A stretch of 64,000 bases of DNA, from assembly GCA_963760615.1 (NCBI GenBank), contig CAVXDX010000003.1:19238-83237 (forward strand). Reading direction: 5' to 3'. The position numbers and the translations under genes were made by a program. The notes beneath the pieces are model-generated. The model was given only the letters and a program-made list of their open reading frames with translations. It made no database searches and was not told where the DNA came from. The stretch comes from an uncultured Candidatus Micrarchaeota archaeon (GTDB lineage Archaea; Micrarchaeota; Micrarchaeia; Burarchaeales; Fermentimicrarchaeaceae). Below, piece by piece: positions 26,481 through 35,923 of the stretch; the first letter of the stretch is position 1; each line of letters opens with the position of its first letter.

Positions 26481-28919
26481 TCACCCTACCTTCTCCCTGC
26501 TTGCCTTACCAGAGAGCTCAAGCTCAACCTGTAAAGAGCCTTCCTTGCTTGCAGTAACCTTTCTCTGTTCACTCCTAAACCCCTTCTTTGAAACCTTGAG
26601 CTCGTACTCCTCTCCATCCATTGCATCAACATAGGCATTTCCAGCAATACCCGGCTCAAGCTTGCCGCTTACATAATTAATGCCATCCAGTGTCTCGCCA
26701 AAGCTCAGAGTAGTGCCGCAGAGCAACAGCTCCACATTTGCATTGGGAATTCCTCTTCCATCCTCCTTTGAAATCACCCTCACCTTCAACTTCACCTTAC
26801 CCGGCATTGAAATTCCACTCTTTACCATGTACCTCTCAACCCTCTTCTCTATCTCCTTTTCGCTCAGGTTCTCATCCTCGTGATGGATGGTTTTTATAAA
26901 GAACGGGCCAACCTCAATCCTCTCGCCTTTCTCAATATGCACTGTTCTGCACGCAGCGACACCTGTGGGAAGAGAGAGTAGCTTGGCAGATGCGCCCATC
27001 CACAACTTCTCCTCACTTGGGTTGAACTTCAAGTCCTTCAATGCACTTTCAAGGGATTCTGAATCCTGCTTGAAGTAGAAATGCGTTTGGGCGTGCCTCC
27101 TCACAACCTCGCTGAGCTGATCCGCAAAATGTGTTATGAGCATCATTCCCACTCCTCTCTTGCCAAACATGCCCAGCTTCCTCTCCAAATCTGCAGTTGC
27201 TGTTGCCTCAATATTCACTCCTTCCCTGCCCTGCCTCCTGAATATCATGTGCGCCTCCTCAAGGACAAGCAGGAAGCGCAGCTCCTTGTCGCCTTTCTCA
27301 TCAAAGTTGCTCAGTACATAGCTGTACACCTGAGCAAGGATGAATGCATATAACAAAGCTCTCTCAAGCTCGCTGCAGCCGCTCAGGTCAAAAACAGCAC
27401 CGTCTCTTATACAATCCTCAACTCTTATCCCTTCCTTCACTCGGAACTGCTCCTTGAGCATTATCTGCCTGAGGTTCTCCAGAGAGGCACGGATGTTCTG
27501 CCCGAACTTTCCGAAGCTCTTTCCCTCCTCATTGGAGTAGAACTCCACAATAGAGGAGTGCACTCCATCATAGATGTCAGTTATGCCTGGCTCTTTATTC
27601 CTTGCGTATAGTGAGGTGAATGAATTGAGCATGACATTCCTTATGGGGTTGGTGTAAGGGCCTGCTCCCATCGCATTTGCAAGCAGCAGCGCAAGGTTCT
27701 GGTAGAACTGCTCCTTTCTCACTCCACGAGGACACCTCACTAAGTTGAAGGGCACCCTCTCCGAAAGTTTTACCACAAGCATCTCCTTTCTTGCTCTGGC
27801 AAGCGAGGACCACTCGGAGCTTGGCGAGAAGACAATCACCCCAGCTCCTTCGCTTGCGGCATGCCTTGCGATGTTCTTGGCAAGAAGAGTCTTGCCCATT
27901 CTCTGCTGCCCAACAATCAGCATGTTGGTGTTATAGCTCATCTTATCTAGGTACAGTTTTCTATGCTTCTTCACCCCTTTCAGAAGCTCCTCCCCCACTT
28001 CGATGCTTGCTCCTCCCCCTGAGAGGAACTCCCTGGGAACCTCGCCTATGTCAAGGGCTGTTTCCTCCCTAGCAAACTCCGGAGCAAAATTAACAAATAG
28101 AGAGGCATACTCGCCGCTCAGTATCTCCCCTCCTGCAACTGGCATGCAGCTCTTGAGCTCATCACTTGCCTTGACCCTTTCGTAAATGCCCCAGTACTTC
28201 CCCCTCAGATGCTGCCTGAGGAGCTCCGCCTTCTCCCCCCACCCAATAAGGCTAACGCTGTATACCGCATCGCTGTGCAGCAATGCATTATTACACATGG
28301 CGAGCAGCTCTGCTGCAACCATGGCAACATCTGTTTCCTCATAGTTGGTCCTCTCGCTGAAATGACTGCGCTGCATCCCCTCATAGCCCTGGAGTGAAAC
28401 GCCTTCCCTGCTGACAGGAGTCAGTTTGCTGAGCTCCTTCTCCCACTGTCTCTTCACCTCGTTAAGTGCCTCCCTCTTCTCTGGGACAAAGGAGACGAGC
28501 ATGTAGCAGTCGCTATCCCTGAAAGCCATAGGCAGGTCAGCAAGCAGGCTCTTCTCCGCCTTCATTGGATCCTCTCTGTGCGTTGCGAATGGCTCATGGA
28601 CTGTTGCCGTCTGCTTGAATGGAATTCCGTCATAGCGGAAGGAATTCTTGAACTCGCCAAAGGTTACTCCATCCTCCAACTTTCTGAACTCCAAGCCTGC
28701 CACGCTCGCAGCTATGGACTCAACAAGCCCTTCAGGGAAATCAACTGTTATAAGCAACAGTCTCATTTTTTTGAAATCATAGAGAATTGAGAAAGCCAGC
28801 CCCTTCAGCTTCTTAATAAAAAGTGAGTGGTTGTCAAACTCCTCGCTGGGTATGCTTTTGAGTTCCCACACCTCGCACTTGCTGCCCCTCCTTAATAAAA
28901 AGCCCAATCTCCCAAACAC
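26481..28919 (-). CDS. large HerA/DUF87-like P-loop ATPase with unknown ~330-aa N-domain and C-terminal carboxypeptidase-regulatory-like domain
   Basis: Walker A is VGQQRMGKT and the HerA-style Walker B is LLVLEEAHMIF, followed by KRGVGMMLITH. The C-terminal KVRVISKEDGRGIPNANVELLL..YELKVSKKGF is transthyretin-like. GTG start with GGTGGTGGAG upstream. Confidence 0.7.
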   Translation of the reverse strand: MFGRLGFLLRRGSKCEVWELKSIPSEEFDNHSLFIKKLKGLAFSILYDFKKMRLLLITVDFPEGLVESIAASVAGLEFRKLEDGVTFGEFKNSFRYDGIPFKQTATVHEPFATHREDPMKAEKSLLADLPMAFRDSDCYMLVSFVPEKREALNEVKRQWEKELSKLTPVSREGVSLQGYEGMQRSHFSERTNYEETDVAMVAAELLAMCNNALLHSDAVYSVSLIGWGEKAELLRQHLRGKYWGIYERVKASDELKSCMPVAGGEILSGEYASLFVNFAPEFAREETALDIGEVPREFLSGGGASIEVGEELLKGVKKHRKLYLDKMSYNTNMLIVGQQRMGKTLLAKNIARHAASEGAGVIVFSPSSEWSSLARARKEMLVVKLSERVPFNLVRCPRGVRKEQFYQNLALLLANAMGAGPYTNPIRNVMLNSFTSLYARNKEPGITDIYDGVHSSIVEFYSNEEGKSFGKFGQNIRASLENLRQIMLKEQFRVKEGIRVEDCIRDGAVFDLSGCSELERALLYAFILAQVYSYVLSNFDEKGDKELRFLLVLEEAHMIFRRQGREGVNIEATATADLERKLGMFGKRGVGMMLITHFADQLSEVVRRHAQTHFYFKQDSESLESALKDLKFNPSEEKLWMGASAKLLSLPTGVAACRTVHIEKGERIEVGPFFIKTIHHEDENLSEKEIEKRVERYMVKSGISMPGKVKLKVRVISKEDGRGIPNANVELLLCGTTLSFGETLDGINYVSGKLEPGIAGNAYVDAMDGEEYELKVSKKGFRSEQRKVTASKEGSLQVELELSGKASREKVG

Positions 28920-29026
28920 AGCTCCACCACCCAGTAAATATTTAGGAAAAAGGATATTTAATTATGTCTGTCCAGAACCAGCCGTGCTATCTCTTCCTGC
29001 CTTATACAACATCAGCTTTACATATA

Positions 29027-29725
29027 CTATTTTGTTATGTAAAGCTTCCCATCCTTCACTTCAAGGGCAACCTCATCCCCTTTCTCAAGCTTTCCCCTCA
29101 TGCTCTCGGGTATACGGATCCAAAAGCGAGCCCCACCCTCTCTCTCAAATTTCGTAATTTTTGCGATATTGCGCGTCCCTCCCACTTCCAGCCAGAGTGA
29201 TTTATTGAGCCCGTCATCCTCGAATGTCCAGAACCCATACTGCCCCGGCTCAAGATGCGCTTTCTCAGTTATTTCTGCTGGAATCTTGGTCCCTGCCACG
29301 ATACCTCTTTCGCCAATCCACTGGATTTTCCTTGCGTACGGCCCAGCCCCCTCGGATTTCCTGACTGACAGCCGCCCTCCCTCCTCCTCCTTCCACCGCG
29401 CATAGTCGCCAACCTTCAGCCCGCCGGCAAGCAACATATTCGCGGGAATCCCAACTATCAACGAAGCATATTGTGGTGAGGTACGGCTAAGCCGAATTTT
29501 CATCGGCATTTCTGTTTCCTTGAGAGGAGCCAGCGTCAAAGAGTTCCCCTCCCAGTTAAGCTTGCATGACATTCCGCCTTCCAACCCCATAAAACTGGCT
29601 ATCCTTACGGGAATAGTTATGGACCACTCATCTGTGATTTTCCCAAAATGAGATTCTTCACCCATCATGCGCCTGAAGAACTCCCACCCTCTATCCCCCA
29701 TCTCGCCCTCAAGCGTCTTATGCAT
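29027..29725 (-). CDS. protein built from four tandem AbrB/SpoVT-like (swapped-hairpin) repeats
   Basis: Four ~45-50-aa repeats of the pattern kI....xxxIxIPxxxxxxxgLxxGdxxxWxxxxxxLxl, for example RFWIRIPESMRGKLEKGDEVALEVKDGKLYI. A TATA-like element lies 22-29 nt upstream of the ATG, so the transcript looks leaderless. Confidence 0.55.
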   Translation of the reverse strand: MHKTLEGEMGDRGWEFFRRMMGEESHFGKITDEWSITIPVRIASFMGLEGGMSCKLNWEGNSLTLAPLKETEMPMKIRLSRTSPQYASLIVGIPANMLLAGGLKVGDYARWKEEEGGRLSVRKSEGAGPYARKIQWIGERGIVAGTKIPAEITEKAHLEPGQYGFWTFEDDGLNKSLWLEVGGTRNIAKITKFEREGGARFWIRIPESMRGKLEKGDEVALEVKDGKLYITK

Positions 29726-29746
29726 ACTTAAATTAGCTCATTTTCA

Positions 29747-29766
29747 ATATTTAAGCTTGCTTTGAC
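29747..29766 (-). promoter_or_regulatory. BRE/TATA-like element, copy C (minus sense GTCAAAGCAAGCTTAAATAT)
   Basis: The TATA part lies 22-29 nt upstream of the ATG at 29725, which implies a leaderless or near-leaderless mRNA. Confidence 0.45.
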
Positions 29767-29773
29767 TCGAGAG

Positions 29774-30355
29774 CTACTTCCCCAGGAGCTTTGATACTTT
29801 CCTCCTCACCCACTCGGGGCATCTTTTCAGATATCGGCCCATCTTCTCCTCATCCATCCTCCTCTTAATTTCCCTGAGGGTTGACTCATCAAGCGGCTCA
29901 TTGAAATACGCGAAGTCCACCAGCGTCTTCTCGACATCGGAAACCGATATCCATACATCATGATACCTGATGCTCTCAAACCCGAAGAACATGCCTCTTC
30001 CTATCCTCCTGACAAGAACATTGCCGCCGAGCATCGTTCTCATCCCGCTCCGCACCCTCCGAGGGGTTATGATTATGGTGTTCGTCTCCTGCTCCCATAG
30101 GTTATGCAGGGAGAGCGCATCCTGCAGCCCGTGATAGGAGGGAGAAAATGCAAAGCCAGCGAGCATCGGGTCCTCCCTGAAGGTGTAGACTCCTCTCTTC
30201 AATTTCTTTATTCTCCCGCTCCTGAGCAGGTTCGTTATGAGCATGTAGACATATCCCTGGCTGGCGCCGCGCGCTGTCAGGAAAAGCCTCGCATCGGAAA
30301 TCGTGAATACCGGAAAGGAGGAGAAATGTTCAATGAGATTTTTCATGTATTTCAT
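29774..30355 (-). CDS. AbiEi-like antitoxin / wHTH transcriptional regulator
   Basis: The N-terminal FTISDARLFL...LITNLLRSGRIKKLKRGVYTF is typical of the AbiEi N-terminal domain. 4-nt overlap with the AbiEii-like gene. Confidence 0.6.
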   Translation of the reverse strand: MKYMKNLIEHFSSFPVFTISDARLFLTARGASQGYVYMLITNLLRSGRIKKLKRGVYTFREDPMLAGFAFSPSYHGLQDALSLHNLWEQETNTIIITPRRVRSGMRTMLGGNVLVRRIGRGMFFGFESIRYHDVWISVSDVEKTLVDFAYFNEPLDESTLREIKRRMDEEKMGRYLKRCPEWVRRKVSKLLGK

Positions 30356-30993
30356 TGGGAAAACCTCGAGGAAAGAACTTCGACCATCTGCCTGAATGAG
30401 GGCGCAACCCCACTGTATACGACTGCTCTGAGGTTCTTCTCGTCAAGAGGCGGCGTCATTCTCTGCAGGAATTCCCTCATGCCCAGCACATTTGCAGCAT
30501 GCCTGCTCAGGTGGTATATGTCGTAAATGTCCCTGATAAGCCTCCTCCCCCTGTAGGCTGCCATCTTCTCTTCAATGAGGGCTTCAGGGGAGAGTGTGTA
30601 AATATCCATTCTGCTCCCGTCGACCTTCTCGTACTCGCCAACAACTTTTTCAACTCTCTTTCTGATGTTTATCTCAAGCCTGACCTCAACCGAGCCGTTT
30701 GAAACCTTTGTGAAGACCAGGTTTGCAGTCTGCTTGTATTTTGTCACCTCAAGGCTTCTTGCTGCTGCTTCCCTTAAGAACAGCTCCCTGAAACCCTTCC
30801 CTGTATTTGCATAGAAATCCAAATCCTCCGAGAACCTGTTCCCCTGGTAGCACCTCCAGATTGCGGTTCCGCCATGGAGCACCGGCTTTTCCTGCTGGAA
30901 TGCGCCGTACAGCATCTCCACCAGCTCATCCTGCAGCAGGGCGACCTCCCGGTGGGTTCTCTTCCTGAGCCTTTTCGAGAGCGGTATTTCCAT
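30352..30993 (-). CDS. AbiEii-like nucleotidyltransferase toxin (DUF1814)
   Basis: LHGGTAIWRCYQGNRFSEDLDFY matches the GGTA...R.SeDlDf nucleotidyltransferase signature of AbiEii. 213 aa, which is short for the family. Confidence 0.65.
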   Translation of the reverse strand: MEIPLSKRLRKRTHREVALLQDELVEMLYGAFQQEKPVLHGGTAIWRCYQGNRFSEDLDFYANTGKGFRELFLREAAARSLEVTKYKQTANLVFTKVSNGSVEVRLEINIRKRVEKVVGEYEKVDGSRMDIYTLSPEALIEEKMAAYRGRRLIRDIYDIYHLSRHAANVLGMREFLQRMTPPLDEKNLRAVVYSGVAPSFRQMVEVLSSRFSQ

Positions 30994-31251
30994 GTTTTAT
31001 ATTAATGAACGTAACATATAAAAAAGTATATGTTTGGTTAATTATATGGGTTAATCACTACGCCAGGTCTTTGTAACCATAGTTACATACTCTCCAAAGC
31101 TGCGTTTCTGCTCCTCTGCTGGTTGCTCAACTGGTTTTTTCTGCTTTTCCGGCATGGTTAAATTATGCCTCTTTCGATATTTAAACCCTTAAGAAACCGA
31201 GTCTTTTCCATCTTGTAAACTTTTGGGAAAACTTTAATCAAAAACAACAGC

Positions 31252-31971
31252 TTATCTCTTCCTGCCTTTCCTCTTAACTTTCCTCATTTTCCTTTTTACC
31301 GGCCTTTTCTTCATAACTCTCCTTGCCTTCCTTTTTATCAGTCTCTTCTTGATTTTCCTTGCAGCTACTTTTGCTTTCTTCCTTGGCTTCCTCTTCCCCA
31401 CCTTTTTCTTTTGCTTCTTTGCAATTTTTTTCTTAGGTTTCTTCTTTGCAACTTTTTTGGGTTTCTTCATATCACTAATTCTTTTCGTGAGATTCTCAAT
31501 TTTCTTCGTGAGTTTCTCAATATCCTTCATCGCCCTGTCCTTCTCCTTCAAGACGAGCTTCATCTTCTTTTCAGCAGCATTAAGAGATTCTTTTCCGCTC
31601 TTTTCCATGCTCTCAATCTTCTCAGCCATCACCTTGATTTTATTCTCCAGTATCCTGACATTGCCTTCTAGCTCCTTCCCAATCTTGCTGGCCTTTCTCT
31701 CGCTGTTCTTCAGCATCTCATAAGCTTTGACTTTCTCCTCGTTTATCTTGGAGAGCTCCCCGGACAGATTGCTGGCATCGTTCTCAAGCTTCCTATTCTG
31801 CCTGTTGAGTTCCGCAACCTGCTCCTCCAGCTCCCTTATCATGGCGTTCTTCTCAGCCTCAACCCTGGCAACATATGTTCTCTCATCCTTCAATGTCCTC
31901 TGGAGCTTGTCAAACTCTCTCTCAGTAACATAACCGACGCCCTTCATTATACCTTCAAACATTGTAAACAC
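31252..31971 (-). CDS. coiled-coil protein with ~80-aa poly-Lys/Arg C-terminal tail
   Basis: 239-aa ORF. Residues ~20-160 are heptad-rich (E/K/L/N). The tail is KKPKKVAKKKPKKKIAKKQKKKVGKRKPRKKAKVAARKIKKRLIKRKARRVMKKRPVKRKMRKVKRKGRKR. Confidence 0.6.
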   Translation of the reverse strand: MFTMFEGIMKGVGYVTEREFDKLQRTLKDERTYVARVEAEKNAMIRELEEQVAELNRQNRKLENDASNLSGELSKINEEKVKAYEMLKNSERKASKIGKELEGNVRILENKIKVMAEKIESMEKSGKESLNAAEKKMKLVLKEKDRAMKDIEKLTKKIENLTKRISDMKKPKKVAKKKPKKKIAKKQKKKVGKRKPRKKAKVAARKIKKRLIKRKARRVMKKRPVKRKMRKVKRKGRKR

Positions 31972-32127
31972 CCATCACTCTATTGCTTTTCTCTCTTATA
32001 AATTTATCCCTTGTGACATGCTCCACCCCTAAAGGGTGTGGGTTTCCCGCTCACCATGTTAACTTAGAGATATCTTTATAAACACTGAAATTACATCTCA
32101 TTCAAAGGTGAACTTTGAGGTGGTAGA

Positions 32128-32550
32128 ATGGATTTTAAGAAGATAATTACTGCAGCAATGATACCGACAATTGTGCTGATTGTCCTGGGAGTGATAAATG
32201 CTTTGCTGAACTTCGTCATAACAAAGTATCTGCCGTTACTATGCTTCCTACCAGCGCTTCTGACTCTCCCGATATACGTTATCGATCTCGTAGTGCTGGG
32301 TTACGCAGGATACTCTGCAGCTAAAAAATACCAGCTCGATTTGGTTGGTGCAGCTCTGACAGGCGCTTTGGCAGGATTTATGTCCAGCGTGATATCCCAA
32401 ATAGTGTCAGTAGTGCTCGCAGCAGCTACTGGAACTCTGAACATCCTGGGATGGGTCATCGTGTCAGTAGTTCTAGTTGTTGCAGCTGTAATGTTCGGGT
32501 TACTGCTAGGCGCAATAGGTGGGTTCCTAGGCCAGGGCAAGAAGAAGTGA
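32128..32550 (+). CDS. hypothetical membrane protein (4 hydrophobic helices)
   Basis: 140-aa ORF, mostly hydrophobic with a GKKK end. No family recognised. Confidence 0.5.
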   Translation: MDFKKIITAAMIPTIVLIVLGVINALLNFVITKYLPLLCFLPALLTLPIYVIDLVVLGYAGYSAAKKYQLDLVGAALTGALAGFMSSVISQIVSVVLAAATGTLNILGWVIVSVVLVVAAVMFGLLLGAIGGFLGQGKKK

Positions 32551-32694
32551 ATTACATCCCTTTTTTCCAATTTTTTTTCTTCGCTAGCATATTTTCAGTT
32601 ATCTCGCACTGATAGCTGTAGATAGCCATTAGCGTTCTCTCATCCATACCGGTCGCCTCTTTCTAAGGACTCAAGAACTTGGAATAACTTATAT

Positions 32695-33408
32695 TTAAAC
32701 ATTACGTTTGGTTGGCGACACCCTAAAAACTACGACTATGCGAATAGGGTAAAAAGATGGAATGCCCGATACCTTCTCAATTCTAAGCTCCTTTGGAGTA
32801 ATCCTCTTCAGCATCTCAAGGCTGAACGAGTGAAGATGCCAGTCCTGCTTCTCGGGAACAGTGGGCAGGAGAAAACTGAACAAACCGATGCTCATAGCTG
32901 AGGCTTTCACGCTCTCAATGTTCCTCTCATTGGGAACAGTGACAACAACCTTCCCACCAGGCTTGGTGACCCTTGCTGCCTCTTTCAATATCTTTCCAGG
33001 CTCGGGGTTATGCTCAATTACTTCAGAGCATACTGCCGCATCAAACGAGCTGTCCCTGAAGGGAAGTTTCTGCGCGTCTCCAAGCACAAGCTTTGCCCGT
33101 GGCAGCCTGCCCCTTGCCTTCCTCAATGCCTCTTTTGAGAGATCCAGACCCACCGCTCTGTCTGCTCCAATCTTCTCAAGAATCACACCCTCACCGCAAC
33201 CTATGTCGAGCACCTTCCTCTCTGAGGCAACCTCAGCGACTACCTGCCTCGCCCTCTCATTCTCGATCCAAGCTATAAAGGGGTTGGGATTGTAGTAAGC
33301 CTTCTCATTGCCGAATCTTAGGAACATGGTCTCATTCCAGTCCCTGAATTCTTTTCGCGAGGAAAATTTTCTCATTGTCCCCTTTCTCCTAACCATCTGA
33401 AGTGTCAT
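32695..33408 (-). CDS. class I SAM-dependent methyltransferase
   Basis: Motif I VLDIGCGEGV, motif post-I GLDLS and FDAAVCSEVIEH. Alternative ATG starts exist downstream of 33408. Confidence 0.75.
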   Translation of the reverse strand: MTLQMVRRKGTMRKFSSRKEFRDWNETMFLRFGNEKAYYNPNPFIAWIENERARQVVAEVASERKVLDIGCGEGVILEKIGADRAVGLDLSKEALRKARGRLPRAKLVLGDAQKLPFRDSSFDAAVCSEVIEHNPEPGKILKEAARVTKPGGKVVVTVPNERNIESVKASAMSIGLFSFLLPTVPEKQDWHLHSFSLEMLKRITPKELRIEKVSGIPSFYPIRIVVVFRVSPTKRNV

Positions 33409-33442
33409 GATAAAGAAAAGCTTTCAGTTTGATTAATCTCAT

Positions 33443-33910
33443 CTAAGCTTTTCGGGATGAGCCGCTTAACCTCCTCACCCTCTCAGTATACTTCTTATAG
33501 GAACTTGTTATAAGCTCTCTGTCCTCGTCCTTCAGCTCTCTCACAACCTTTGCTGGAGTTCCAAGCACGAGAGTGTTTGGTTTTATCTTCATCCCCGGGG
33601 TAACAACCGCTCCCGCCCCTACTATAACCCAATCTCCTATTTCAGCTTCATCCAATATTATGGAGCCTATCCCAACCAGCGCATTGCTTCCAATCTTCGC
33701 TCCATGCACAACTGATGAATGCCCCAGAGTGACATTATCGCCAATCTCAACTCCCTCACCATGCAACACGCAGTGCTCCTGTATGTTAGTATTCCTTCCA
33801 ATGCTTATCCTTCCCTCATCCCCTCTTATTACTGCAAAAGCCCATACGGATGAATTCTCACCCATGGAAATATCCCCTACAACTTCCGCTTTCGGGTGGA
33901 TGTATTTCAT
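33443..33910 (-). CDS. gamma-carbonic-anhydrase-like / hexapeptide-repeat (LbH) protein
   Basis: Left-handed beta-helix hexapeptide repeats throughout (..IGDNVTLGHSSVVHGAKIGSNALVGIGSII..). 155 aa. Confidence 0.8.
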   Translation of the reverse strand: MKYIHPKAEVVGDISMGENSSVWAFAVIRGDEGRISIGRNTNIQEHCVLHGEGVEIGDNVTLGHSSVVHGAKIGSNALVGIGSIILDEAEIGDWVIVGAGAVVTPGMKIKPNTLVLGTPAKVVRELKDEDRELITSSYKKYTERVRRLSGSSRKA

Positions 33911-33924
33911 AAAACCAACTCCCT

Positions 33925-35148
33925 CTATTTGATAAAGCCAAGTACGGAATCCATTTTCATAAGAGTTTCAAGTGCTTTCTCAGCATTTTTCTTTCCAAAC
34001 TTTTTCTTCTTTATAAGCTCCTGCAACGAGCAGACAAAGTAGCAGAACATCTCAGCTGCTTCAGGTATCTGAAAATCATCCTCAACATATCTTCTGAACT
34101 TGGAGAGGGTTTCTCTGCAAAGCTCATCCGCCTCGGAGTTCTCCTCCCAGAATTTTCTGTGGCACAAAACCTTCGCGCAGTTCTTGCACCTTCTTATCTC
34201 AATGGCCGTCCTCCGCAGACTACTGAATGTGAAGTTGAGCCTCTTCCTGTAGTGCTCCTTCAGGAGGTGCGCCCGTATAACGTCATAGCCGTAACCCATC
34301 TTATGTATGTCATCCACAGTGTAAAAATTCCCAAGGGACTTGCTCATCTTCCTACCCTCTATAATCAGGTGCCTCACGTAAAACCAGTAGTTTGCAGGCA
34401 TCCTGCCCGTTGCTCCCTCGCTCTGAGCTATCTCATTCTCATGATGGGCGAATATGTTGTCAATTCCTCCCATGTGTATATCAAACGGAATACCGAGGTA
34501 TTCTGAGCTCATCGCACTGCACTCTATATGCCACCCTGGCCTCCCCCTCCCAAGCTCGGTGTCCCAGTAAACATCCCCATCGCAGCTTTTCCATGCTTTC
34601 CATAGCAGGAAATCCCCCGCCTCCCTCTGATAGTAGTCATCCTTGTAGACTCTCCTGTCCAATGAATTCTTGAATTTCGAGCGGGACAACCTCCCATACT
34701 CGGGGAAGCGCGAGACATCAAAGAAGATGTTGCCTTCTCCGTCTTTGTAAGCCCATCCCCTCCTTATAATCCTCTTTATCATTGCAACCATTGCAGGTAT
34801 GTTCTCAGATGCTCGGGGGTAACAATCCGCAGGAAGCATGTTAAGCTCGTGTGAATTCTTCATGAATATCTCTTCATTTCTCCTTGTTATGTTTCTCAGC
34901 CTTCTCATATTCCCTGCGGCAGCTTTCACCGCCTTGTCCTCAACATCAGTTATATTCATCACATGCTTCACTCTGTAGCCTTCAAACAGCAGGACTCTCT
35001 TCACAACATCCTCAAACACATATGTGCGGAAGTTGCCCAGGTGTGGCTGGGAGTATACGCTGGGACCGCAGGTGTAAAGCCTGACCACTCTGCCTATTGG
35101 TTTAAACTCCTCCTTTTTCCTAGTAAGAGTGTTGAAGACCTTCAGCAT
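33925..35148 (-). CDS. cysS: cysteinyl-tRNA synthetase
   Basis: HLGN (HIGH), KMSKSLGN, and the typical N-terminus MLKVFNTLTRKKEEF from the ATG at 35148. The ORF-track start at 35178 would overlap the ABC permease. Confidence 0.9.
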   Translation of the reverse strand: MLKVFNTLTRKKEEFKPIGRVVRLYTCGPSVYSQPHLGNFRTYVFEDVVKRVLLFEGYRVKHVMNITDVEDKAVKAAAGNMRRLRNITRRNEEIFMKNSHELNMLPADCYPRASENIPAMVAMIKRIIRRGWAYKDGEGNIFFDVSRFPEYGRLSRSKFKNSLDRRVYKDDYYQREAGDFLLWKAWKSCDGDVYWDTELGRGRPGWHIECSAMSSEYLGIPFDIHMGGIDNIFAHHENEIAQSEGATGRMPANYWFYVRHLIIEGRKMSKSLGNFYTVDDIHKMGYGYDVIRAHLLKEHYRKRLNFTFSSLRRTAIEIRRCKNCAKVLCHRKFWEENSEADELCRETLSKFRRYVEDDFQIPEAAEMFCYFVCSLQELIKKKKFGKKNAEKALETLMKMDSVLGFIK

Positions 35149-35152
35149 AGAC

Positions 35153-35923
35153 TCACTTTGATTGCTGCATTCTGCCAAAGCTTATCGTCCCAATCCACAT
35201 CATTATAACTGAGAAAGCTATGAGGACTGAAAAATCCTTCAACGTTGAAAATTCCTGAACTCCAAGTATGGCGCCTCTGAGCAAATCTACTCCATAGGTT
35301 AGAGGATTTATCTGCGTAATTATCAACAGCCATGAGGGCAGGTTTGACACTGGGAAAAGAGCTCCGCTGAAAAAGAAGAGCGGCCATACCACGAAATTCA
35401 TAACCAACCCGAATGCTTCCTGGTTGGTTAGGTTTGAACCCATTACGAGGCCTAGGCTTACCATTGCCACAGAAATTACAAATAATATCAGCAAGGAATA
35501 CAGGAATACCAGAGGCGTTATCGGCATGCCTATCAGAATTCCCAGTATGAGCAGAATTATAGACTGCAGCATAACATCTGTGCAGCCCCCAAGCATCTTA
35601 CCAAGAAAGACGCTTGACCTGGAAACGGGAGCAACTAGAACCTCCTTGAGGAAATCCAGCTTCCTATCCCAAATTATGTAGACTCCGTAGAAAATTGAAG
35701 TCATGAGAAGGGACATGCTAAGCACGCCGGGATAGATGAAAGCCTGGTAGCCAATACCCTTGTAAATCGGATCCTGGAGGGATACGCTCGCCCCAACTCC
35801 TGAGCCGAATGCAACCAGCCAGAGTATTGGGGATATGAAGGAAGAGATGACCCTCTCCTTTTCCCTCAGGTAAACCTTAAATTCCCTCAGCCACACTGCG
35901 TATACCGCTTCAAGCTCGCTCAT
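35153..35923 (-). CDS. ABC-2 type transporter permease
   Basis: 256 aa with six hydrophobic helices. 4-nt overlap with the upstream ABC ATPase gene. Confidence 0.75.
   Translation of the reverse strand: MSELEAVYAVWLREFKVYLREKERVISSFISPILWLVAFGSGVGASVSLQDPIYKGIGYQAFIYPGVLSMSLLMTSIFYGVYIIWDRKLDFLKEVLVAPVSRSSVFLGKMLGGCTDVMLQSIILLILGILIGMPITPLVFLYSLLILFVISVAMVSLGLVMGSNLTNQEAFGLVMNFVVWPLFFFSGALFPVSNLPSWLLIITQINPLTYGVDLLRGAILGVQEFSTLKDFSVLIAFSVIMMWIGTISFGRMQQSK

Noticed and set aside
31051-31155. 34-aa ORF upstream of the AbiEii-like gene, with a TATA-like box and a weak GAGG.
   Set aside because: It is too short and unconserved-looking to call as a gene from sequence alone. It is mentioned only as context in the AbiE finding.
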